Below are positions 1 to 9,099 of a DNA stretch of 35,514 nucleotides, piece by piece. The notes below the pieces were generated by a model. It had not been told where the DNA came from, made no database searches, and saw only the letters and a list, made by a program, of their open reading frames with translations. Source of the stretch: Craspedostauros australis (taxonomy: Eukaryota); contig JALAGF010002830.1 in assembly GCA_030167865.1 (NCBI GenBank), positions 1 to 35,514 on the forward strand. The letters run 5' to 3'. Numbering within the stretch: the stretch's first letter is position 1; every line of letters starts with the position of its first letter. The translations under genes and the position numbers were made by a program.

Positions 1-253
1 ACGCGACTAGAATGAACATATAGATCGATCCATAAAACTTAAAACAGGATATACATCAAAAATCGATCGGTTAATTATTTGTAAAAAGATTATAAGGATT
101 ACGAATATGTGCTTGGTTTGGATATCGAAGATGAAAAGTTAGAATGCCCGTTTCAAACGAGTGGTCGACTCACTCGGGGGGCTCGTAGTTGTCCCATGGC
201 TTGCGCAAGATGGCCACGCATGGTCCAACGAGGAAAGATCCATCCGACGCATG

Positions 254-472
254 CTACGTCCGGACTCCTGTCTTGTCCAATACCGCCTTCACGATCATGC
301 GCCACGGGTCCATGCCTTCCATCGCCGGCTCGATGATTTGCGTGAAGTTGCGCAGGAACTGCTCGCCATCTAGCAGCATGGCGAAGGTCGTCATCGTGAA
401 GACCGAGACGGCTCCAGTGACCAGCCGCTTCGAGAGTGATTTGGAGGCCCAGAACTGGTGTCGTTCTTGCTG
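254..472 (-). CDS. Possible terminal exon or gene fragment (QQERHQFWASK...AVLDKTGVRT*), unknown product
   Basis: Open frame of 72 codons plus a TAG stop at 254-256, not listed in the ORF track. It has GC3-rich codon usage like the real exons here and is preceded by TAG/CAG acceptor-like sites. No upstream exon identified. Confidence 0.25.
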   Translation of the reverse strand, partial: QQERHQFWASKSLSKRLVTGAVSVFTMTTFAMLLDGEQFLRNFTQIIEPAMEGMDPWRMIVKAVLDKTGVRT

Positions 473-1195
473 CTAATGTTTCTGCAGCAGAAGTCGTCAT
501 CGTCGTTGTCTTCTCCTCTCTTCCTGACCCTTCACGTCTCTCGTGCTCCCTCTCTCTCTCTCTCTTCGCTCCTGTGGCCTGTAAGCATGAGCTACTACAC
601 AAGTATTGCAGACTATGTGTGGCTTGATGACCGCCTTCCCTCTTCAAACCGGACACACTGCTACTGCTACTGTTGGTAATGGCAAGAGAGGTGTTGATTG
701 CGTCGTCCAGCAATGAAGATGGTACCGCTTGATGGGATACGATCGTGCAGCACTGCGGAATGGATGGAGAAAGGAATTCAACAACACGAACGAAATGCAA
801 CGCAACACGAAAGTCGCGTCGCGGATGCTTCTGTATCTGCAGGTGAGTTGCGTTGCGAGCACCATACACAAAGATGCTGCTGCGATTCGATTTGGTTTCT
901 CTAACCTCGATGTTATTTTTGTATGTGTATCTTGTTTCTGTTTCTGCTTTCGCATTGCTCTTAATGTCTGTGGTTTGTATCTCTGTCCTCGTTGTTTCTC
1001 ATCCGCCCGCTACTGACGAGTGTCATGATGCGGATGGGAGCGGCAAGCGCCGTGGCTGCGGCGTCTCCGCAGTCCACGTTCCGCATGCTGACATCTGTCT
1101 CTGATGGCGATGTGATACATTGCGGCATCCAAACTGATGCTCTCTCCTGCGTATCCTCTCTCCAGAGAAAAGCATAATATGTTGCAATTTCTGCC

Positions 1196-1960
1196 TTAGA
1201 TCTTGCTCAGAATCACGCGGTGGCCCTGATCCTCCAAGCGCTGCTTGATCGGGATGGCGTCATCGCCGTTGAATGGCTTGACGTTGTCCATCGGGTAGGC
1301 CATCTCCAACGCTTCGTACTTTTCGCGGCCGAGCTCGTGGTATGGAATGAGCTCGATGGCGTACGCCTCGACTTCCTTCGCAAAGTCAGAAAGGGCGTTG
1401 AGCTCGGCATCGCTGTCGGTCATGCCCTTCATCAGGACCCAACGCAGGGTGATGTTGGTGCTGGGGTACTTCTCGTGGATGTAACGTGCGAACTCCTTCG
1501 ACTTCTCCATCTCGTGCACTGGCACCTGCGCGATCTTGCTGGCCAGCTCGTTGTCCATGGCCTTCAGGCAGAGGAGGACGTTGTTGGTGACGGGGAGCAC
1601 CTTGTCCCAGCGTGCTTGGTTGCCGTAGCTGGCCGTGTCAAGGCAGGTTGTGAGGCCGAGTTTCTGGACTCGCTGGAAGACATCACGGACGAATTCGGTC
1701 TGGATCATGGCCTCGCCTCCAGAAAGCGTGATTCCGCCTCCGTTGGGCTGCAGCCATTCCTTGTACTTGCCAACCAACGAGGCGACCTCGGCGGAGGACA
1801 TGGCGTACTCTGGATGTTGGCGAGGATCGGCCATCTTCTGGGTTTCTGGGTTGCAGCAGAAGAGGCACTTCTTGGTGCATCCCTGCAGGAAGACGGTGGA
1901 GCGGATTCCTGGACCATCGGTGGTGGAGAAGCTCTCCATGGAGTACACGCTGCCCAGGAC
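1196..1960 (-). other. pflA: PFL-activating enzyme (radical SAM) domain of the fusion protein
   Basis: Aligns by eye, against my recollection of E. coli PflA, from start to end: [59 protein letters not shown], through to GHRVIL. Confidence 0.93.
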
Positions 1961-4870
1961 GGCACCTTGCTTCATCCCCTCGAGCTTGTCGACATCGGTC
2001 TCCTTCGCAATCTCCGCTTCGTCGTCCACGTCCTTGCGCGCCATCGTGACGACGCTGGCGGAATGCATGGTCCTGGCCATCACCTCTTCGCGCTGCTCTG
2101 GCGTGAGACGATTGAATCGGACGGCGTATCCGCTGACACGGATGGTCAGGTTGGGATACTTCTCTGGATGGCGGTGGGCATCCTGCAGGACCTCTCGGTT
2201 CAGTACGTTGATGTTGAGATGGTGTCCGTTGTGGTTGAAGTATCCATCCAACACGGTGACCAGGTTCGAAGAGCGCTGGCTCATGTGTCCCAGGGCACTC
2301 GGGAGGAGGCAGAAGGTGTTGGAAATGCCATCCATACACTTGCTGTACGGCACCTTGGCGACAGAGGAGAGCGATGCGAGGGCGCCGTTCTTGTCGCGTC
2401 CATGCATTGGGTTGCATCCGGGAGCGAATGGTTCACCCTGGAGACGACCGTCGGGGCTGGCTCCGGTTGCCTTGCCGTAGACCACGTTCGATGTGATGGT
2501 CAGGATGGACAAGGTCGCGGCGGCATCGCGGTACAGCGGCTGCTTGTTGAGCTCCTCGTAGAAGCGAGACACGACCTGGATGGCCAACGAGTCGACGCGA
2601 TCGTCGTCGTTTCCGAACTGAGGGATCTCCCGGCTCGCGTGGCCTCTCTTGAAGCCGATGGTCAATCCATCGTCGTTGCGGATTGGGAACACTTCGTCGT
2701 GCTTGATGGCGGACAAGGAATCGGCCACGACCGAAAGGCCGGCGGCTCCGAAGGCCATGAGGCGGTTGACGTTGCTGTTGTGCAAGGCCATCTGGACGTT
2801 CTCGTAGCACGCGCGATCGTGGGAGTAGTGGATGGTGTTCATCGTCTCGGCGTAGAGCTTGGCCATCCATGGGATGGCGATGTCGAAGTACATGTGCTCC
2901 AGCGAGCTGTAGTTGATGGGTTTCTTCTCGTCGCCCTTGCCGATGCCGAGTCGCTGGCATTCTGCCGCGAGCTCCGGGCAGACGTCGTCGCCGTGCATCT
3001 CATCGCGACCTCCGTTGAGGCACATGAGCAGCAGCTTGACCATGTTGGTACGGGCTCCGAAGAACTGCATGTCAACGCCCACGCGCATTCCCGAGACGCA
3101 GCATGCGATGGCGTAGTCGCTGCCGAAGATGGATCGCATCATGTCGTCGTTCTCGTACTGGATGGACGAGGTGGCGATGGACTGCTTGGCACAGTAGTCC
3201 TTGAAGGGAGCTGGAAAGTTCTGCGACCAGAGCACGGTGAGGTTTGGCTCTGGTGCTGGTCCCAAGTTGGTGAGGGTGTGGAGGAAACGGAAGGTGGTCT
3301 TGGTGACCATGCTCTTTCCATTCTCGAAGCAACCACCCAGGGCGAGGGTGAGCCAGGTGGGATCACCGGAGAAGAGGGCGTTGTACGCCGGTGGACGCAG
3401 GTGGCGGACGATGCGCATCTTGATGACGAGATCGTCAATGACCTCCTGGACCTGCTGTTCGTCGACCTTTCCATCCGCCAAGTCGCGCTCGGCGTAGATG
3501 TCGAGGAACGCGTCCCAACGTCCGACGGACATGGCGGCACCGTCCTGCTCCTTCAGCGCCGCGGTATGTCCCAGCCACATGAACTGGGCGGCGTCCTTGA
3601 AGCTGGTGGCGGGAAGCCTCATGTCGACGCCGTAGCTGTCGCCCATGACGAGGAGCTCCTTCAAGCCCTTGACCTGCTTCGTGATTTCGGAGCGGAGCTG
3701 CAGAGTCTCCGCGGATGCGCCCTTCACGGCGTCGTAGTCCAACTTCTTGCGGCGGATCAGCTCGTCGACACCGTACAGGGCGATGCGACGGTAGTCGCCG
3801 ATGATGCGGCCACGACCGTAGGCATCTGGAAGGCCCGTGAGGAGATGGGTATGGCGGGCCTTGCGCATCTCCTTGGAGTACATGGAGAAGACGAGGTCGT
3901 TGTGGGTTTGGACATCCTGTTGGCATATTTGTGAATTGGCGAAGTGTGCATTGCGTGGGTTGTGCGTTGCGCAGGTTGATTGATCATCATTTGTTATTGG
4001 ATTCGGTCCAAGTTCGATCAGTGTGGAGCAAAGCGAGACGAAGTGGCGCAAGATCAAGAGGGAATGGAACGGAACAGAATGGAACAGCGTGAGAACACTC
4101 GCATGGAACATACACGGAGATGAGATGAGAACGCGATGCACAAAATGTGGAGGCGTCGATGTTCGGAATCACATTTCTCGCGAAGCCTGCACATTCTGGG
4201 AATCGTGTGGTATTCCCGCGCGCCGATGGATTGCACGTTGCGCTTCGGGTGCTTGTGTGCGACGTACCTGGGTGTACTCCCTGGCCATGTCCTCGTCAGG
4301 CTCGTAGCCGTAGCTCTTGAGGGCGCTGCCCACGACCTTGAAACCTCCCTTTGGCTTGCAGGAGCGCTTGAGAGGCTCGTCGGTTTGGACACCGACGATG
4401 AGATCTTCCTCCTTGGAGAGGACGTATCCTGGCCCGTGGCTGGTGATGGTGGACGCTGTCTTGGTGTCGACGTCCAGGATGCCGCGCTGGCGTTCGAGCT
4501 CCATGAGCTCCTCGCAGCGTGCCCACGACTTGTTGGTGCGCTCGGTGGGACCGGCGAGGAAGGACGAATCGCCATGGTATGGCGTGACGTGCTCCGACAC
4601 GTACTGCTTGACGTTGCAGTCGCCTGGGAGCCCGGCTGGGTTGGCGACCTTGGGGAGCTCGGTGCCATCGTGCATCATGGGCTCCTGCTTGGCGGGGCCG
4701 GAGCCAACGACAGTCTTCGCCAAGTCGAAGAGGAGGTTGTTGGCGTTGCGGAAGGATGGGAAGGACCCATGGTTTCCGCGGACCGCCGGCTTGGACGGGC
4801 TGGTTGGGCTGTTGAGGTTGTTGCCATCAGAGTACTGAAGGCGAACGCGGTGGGAATGGATGTTCGACAT
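1196..4870 (-). CDS. pflB-pflA: Pyruvate formate-lyase (formate acetyltransferase) fused C-terminally to PFL-activating enzyme (radical SAM); exons 4870..4268 and 3916..1196, about 1107 aa
   Basis: Exon 1 carries the PFL N-terminal motif [15 protein letters not shown]. Splicing gives [14 protein letters not shown]...[23 protein letters not shown]. The catalytic Cys-Cys (AIACCVS, about 3098-3103) and the glycyl-radical loop [10 protein letters not shown] (Gly codon 2129-2131) are present. With no stop, the frame continues through a 34-aa linker into a PflA domain ([14 protein letters not shown] = CxxxCxx[23 protein letters not shown]). The ATG at 4870 is the first in-frame Met; the true start is unverified. 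Confidence 0.95.
3917..4267 (-). other. Spliceosomal intron (351 nt, phase 0) in the PFL gene
   Basis: Minus-strand donor CAG|GTACGT at 4267 and acceptor CAACAG|GAT at 3917. Removal joins two PFL-homologous ORFs in frame where bacterial PFL reads roughly FTEYRKTHNQGVF. Confidence 0.9.
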
Positions 4871-6946
4871 GGTCTTGACGTGGAACGAATGCACTGGCGG
4901 TGCAAAGTAGGCGAGGATGAATATGAAGTAATGCAATGGGGAGAGTCGGCAAGAAAACGTGATGGTGTCTTTGCCTGGGTGGTGGTGCTGCTGTAGCTGT
5001 TGCTTTTGTTGTTGCTTTGTTGCTGTGATGGTGGTGATGTGGTGGTTGATGTCTTTGGTTGGGATTTGCGTTTTGTGAGCAGAAAAGGAAAGGGAAGGGA
5101 AACAGTGACGGCAACGGCACCTCACTGCGGGGCATCAATGGAGAGATGACGGCGAAGAGAACCAACGAAGAAGGTGTGGAGAAAGCAAAGAAGAAGAAGG
5201 GCGTTGGCTCGCTTTGGCTTGGTGGAAGGAGGAATGCACCATACCAACGTACGTCTGGTTGGAGGTTTCACAACCCGAACCGTCAATCGTTTGGCGCGAT
5301 CGCGAACCCCACGAAATCGCGAAAACTGCGGCGATGCAGGAACGGTGTTCTCGTCTGCATCACGTTCGCGGCCACAAACGGCGATGGCCAAGAGCAACCA
5401 AGGGAGGAGGATTCTGGACAACATCCGAGAGTTTGGAGGAACTCTGCAACGGTCCTGCGAGAGAAGGAGTCTACTCGTGCTATTACACTTCCATGATTAG
5501 GAACAGAACCAATCGAGAATGCGGAGGGTTAGTTGGCGACGTGGGTGATGGAAGAGATTCGAAGACCGACTCCTCTTTCGCCAATCCCGCCAATACTTCG
5601 CACTGAGCTGATCGTATGGTGTGTATAATAGGTAATGGAGCAGCGTCGTCTCCTCCATTGCTTATCTACGATCTACCATACGCTCCTACCCTTCTCGGGC
5701 TTCTGGATTGGGGCTTCTCTCTTTGCTTCTCTGTGATCTCTGGAAGCAATCCGGCATAATCCGATGCGTCGACCAAGGGAGGAATCGGCTGTCGGCGCAG
5801 TTGTTGTCGGTGCTGAATCTGAAGAAATAGTGTACTGCTCTATTCCATGGCATACTAGTATATGTCCATGAGATTACGAACGTTATGGAATGAATATAGG
5901 TAGTGTATTCTCTCTCTCTCCCTTGAAGAGAAAGAGAGAGACTATGTACCTACACACAGTCAACAGCACCATCTTGATAGAATCCTCGGAAATGATCTGG
6001 TCCTGTTTCGTAGTTGTCGCCATGGTACTCAAATAGACCCTCATATGATTGATGTTCGCATTTGATTTCTGTTCAAGTTTGGGTTCTCGTTTCAAACACG
6101 CACATTGGCATGTGCCGAAGAAGGAACTCCAAGGAAAACGCGTGTTTTGTGGGCTCCTGTTGGAGTTCGTATTGGCGGCATGATGCTGATTGCGTCAGGA
6201 GGCGCCATTTGGTTGGAGGAGAGGAGCACACAGACGAGGAGGGAATCAAGACACGGCAAACAGCGAGGAACAGGATGCCGTCAACATCAAAGACATCATC
6301 AACATCTGCGACAGGTGGAGGCACCGACAGAGTGAAGAGCACGAGAGTGCACGAGAGTGTGCAGAGGGCGACCCCGAAGAACACAGTAAGAGCGGAGCGC
6401 AAAGCCGAGAAGGTCGTTGCTGCCATCGTCATCGTCATCGCCGGTGGTGTTCGTGTTGAAGTCACACATCATTGCATTCTCAATTGGAAGCAGAACCGCA
6501 TAACCATCCAACCGCACAACCACACCATCAACGAGGAGAGGACCATCTCTCGCAGGCGCCACATCACGCCCACCAGCTCCCCTTTCTGCTCTCTTGACAC
6601 GCAGAACATCTTCTCTGTATCCGTGCTTCGACATCACCACAACTGCCACTGCTGACATCAGCTCATACATTGACCACAGACACCGTGCTATACTCTGCCG
6701 TTCCCCATCATTCAGTCTGCAATAGAGTAGTTGTTGCTGTTGCCACAACTTATCAAGGCATCCGATTCGTATAATTGGTCGTAACCAAGAAGTCAAGGCG
6801 GCAAGCAACCAAATACTTCCACGCTGTTCCACCATACAAAGAAAGCAATTCATCACAACTCCACTCCCACCACAACCGCCGCCTCCATCCCCAACACAAC
6901 TAGAGTGCCAGCAACTGCCGCAACAATACAGACGTGTAGAGCAATC

Positions 6947-8422
6947 ATGGACAGCCCAGCGGAAACCACGGCACCGACCGTCGACACCAACGCCGAAAGC
7001 GTGAACGGATCTACCAGCAACACGAGCAATAGCAACAGCAGCGACCGCAACAGAATTCTTGCGACGGAAAATGGAACTGCGCCACCGGTGGTCCATGCAC
7101 CGCCAAACGCAATGCCCGATCCTGCCACTCCCGGTGCGCCATTCCACACACAAGCATCCTGGGACGAAGAGGCTGGAATGCGCTTGAGGAAGAACGCAGG
7201 AGTGGCATCCAACGCGGCTGCGACAAAGGACGCAGCGGGTGCACCCATGAAGCGTTCCCATCACACCGCCAATGATGGTCCAAATTCCAGCTTCTCCGCG
7301 CAAAAGCAGGGTGGACTTGTGGATCATCAACGTCAGGATCAGCCCATCGCGATCAAGTACACTGCCACCAAGACTCCCAAGAGCACCCTGAATGCGGTGT
7401 ACGAGGTGGGCAAGTACAAGGCAGGGCTGCCGCTCGATCTGCTCTGCATCCAGTCGATCATGGCGGGCATTTACATCGGCATGGCCGGTCATCTGTACCT
7501 CGCACTCGGTGGTGGCGTGCTGGGCTCCGTCTTCTTCCCAACAGGTTTGATCGCCGTCACCCTCACGAGCGCAGAGCTGTACACGGGCGATGCTCTCGTG
7601 TTCGTCGCATCAGTGCTGGGCAAGAAGGTCACCGTCGCCAAGCTCCTTCGCAACTGGACCGTCTCCTGGACGATGAATTTCGTCGGTGGCTTGTTCTGGG
7701 CCTACGTGCTGGCGTACGGTTCGGACGCGCTGGACGATGCTGGAGCTCGCGAGCTTGCCATCAAGATCGCCATCAAGAAGGCCGACCAACCCTTCTACCA
7801 AATCTTTCTCAAGGGCATCGGCGCCAACTTCATGGTCTGTCTGGGTGTCTGGCAGGCAACTTGCGCCGAGCAGGTGGCGGGCAAGATCCTGGCGCTGTGG
7901 TTCCCCATCTCCGGTTTCGTCATCATGGGCTTCGATCACTCCATCGCCAACCAGTTCTTCATCCCGCTCGGCATGATGCTGGGCACCGGCGACGAGCACG
8001 AGATCTCCTTCGGCGATCTGTTCTACGCCCTCGCCGCAGCCACAATTGGCAACGCTGTCGGTGGCGGATTGATGGTCGGCGCCGTGTATTGGTACGTCTA
8101 CGACTCCATGGCACGCAACACGCGGGTGCTGGGACAGCTGCGACGGCGATTCAACAACACCAACCAAGACGATGTGCCGCCGCCGCCGCCGCCAGGATCC
8201 GACGATCCAATGACCTCGGACCGCTTCATCACGCTCCAAGTCAGCGCCGACGGTCGGTCGATCCGATCGATGGGCATCGCGGACGGCAACCAATACCCGA
8301 CTGCAGCAGACAACGATGACAATGACATGCACGGCCATAACGAGTTCATCCCGGTGCAAATGAAGTCAACGAGCATCCATCGTGGCAGGCTGGAGAATGA
8401 CGGTGGTCTCCGTCTCTCATAG
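6947..8422 (+). CDS. Formate/nitrite transporter (FNT; FocA/NirC/NAR1 family), 491 aa with long hydrophilic N- and C-terminal extensions
   Basis: FNT motifs AGIYIGMAG, FPTGL...AELYTG, NFVG, KGIGANFMVCLGVW, KILALWFPI..F..GFDHSIANQF (conserved channel His) and TIGNAVGG, with several hydrophobic helices. First ATG is at 6947. Confidence 0.93.
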   Translation: MDSPAETTAPTVDTNAESVNGSTSNTSNSNSSDRNRILATENGTAPPVVHAPPNAMPDPATPGAPFHTQASWDEEAGMRLRKNAGVASNAAATKDAAGAPMKRSHHTANDGPNSSFSAQKQGGLVDHQRQDQPIAIKYTATKTPKSTLNAVYEVGKYKAGLPLDLLCIQSIMAGIYIGMAGHLYLALGGGVLGSVFFPTGLIAVTLTSAELYTGDALVFVASVLGKKVTVAKLLRNWTVSWTMNFVGGLFWAYVLAYGSDALDDAGARELAIKIAIKKADQPFYQIFLKGIGANFMVCLGVWQATCAEQVAGKILALWFPISGFVIMGFDHSIANQFFIPLGMMLGTGDEHEISFGDLFYALAAATIGNAVGGGLMVGAVYWYVYDSMARNTRVLGQLRRRFNNTNQDDVPPPPPPGSDDPMTSDRFITLQVSADGRSIRSMGIADGNQYPTAADNDDNDMHGHNEFIPVQMKSTSIHRGRLENDGGLRLS

Positions 8423-9099
8423 AGTAGGAAAGCGCGAAGTGCATCCTGAATTTACGTGGCGAGGTCGCGGAGTGTTGCCAATCGAATCAGCAGAAACAGC
8501 TGCGATGGCAGCTACAGCAATATAGTAGCCACGGCGGCCTGGACGAGATCAGTGGAGTGCACACAAGTAGTGTCAATAGATGAACATCTGATTTGTACGT
8601 ACGTATCATTGCCCGTATCATAGGCTGTGCCATGGCTGTATCATGCCTCCTCGTACTTGTCATCAACTGAAAGAACAGACAACCGGTTTGTTCCGACTTT
8701 TGTCAATTTCTCCCGTTGTGGTCGCGTGCAATTCCACAACTATTTTTTGTTTTCGTAGACTTCCAGAGCAGACGTGGAAGAATTGCAAAGACAGCCAAAT
8801 CGTGTTTCGGTAGTCGATCTAGTCGTGAGTCGTATCACAGCGAATAGATACTGAAATAACGTCTATAACGTCAAACAGCACGACTCAGACACGAATGGTC
8901 ATTTTGAGACCCGCTTCTTGCATGCCACGAAACAGCACGGCGAAACAAAGCACGACACGTCGCAGGATCGCGCCGTCGCTGTCGCTGCGATGAGTTGGGA
9001 ATGATGTTTGGCGCGAACGAAACAAGGGAAGACCGTTGTTGTTGTTCACAAAAACCGCAGAGGGGCAGAGAGTAAGAGCGAACATACTCTGGAGACACC

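Noticed and set aside
1-150. AT-rich segment at the window start
   Set aside because: Too short and cut by the window edge to classify.
1220-3934. 904-aa plus-strand ORF antisense to PFL (also 4136..4996)
   Set aside because: Shadow frame expected from strong GC3 codon bias; no recognisable motifs, while the opposite strand is clearly PFL.
4827-5165. Minus-strand frame containing LLCTASAFVP, resembling the diatom plastid-targeting ASAFAP motif just upstream of PFL
   Set aside because: Out of frame with PFL, stops at 4827, lacks a suitably placed Met and clean signal peptide, and no convincing splice links it to the PFL frame. 5' RACE would settle it.
5289-5299. GTTTGGCGCGA (E2F-like) also present at 9006..9016
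   Set aside because: Shared 11-mers are expected by chance in 35 kb; no other support.
5883-6655. Short ORFs in the PFL-FNT intergenic region, including an AT-richer patch near 5850-6100
   Set aside because: No motifs and no exon-like codon bias; treated as non-coding.
6299-8359. Minus-strand ORFs of 397 and 249 aa overlapping FNT
   Set aside because: Antisense shadows of the FNT gene.
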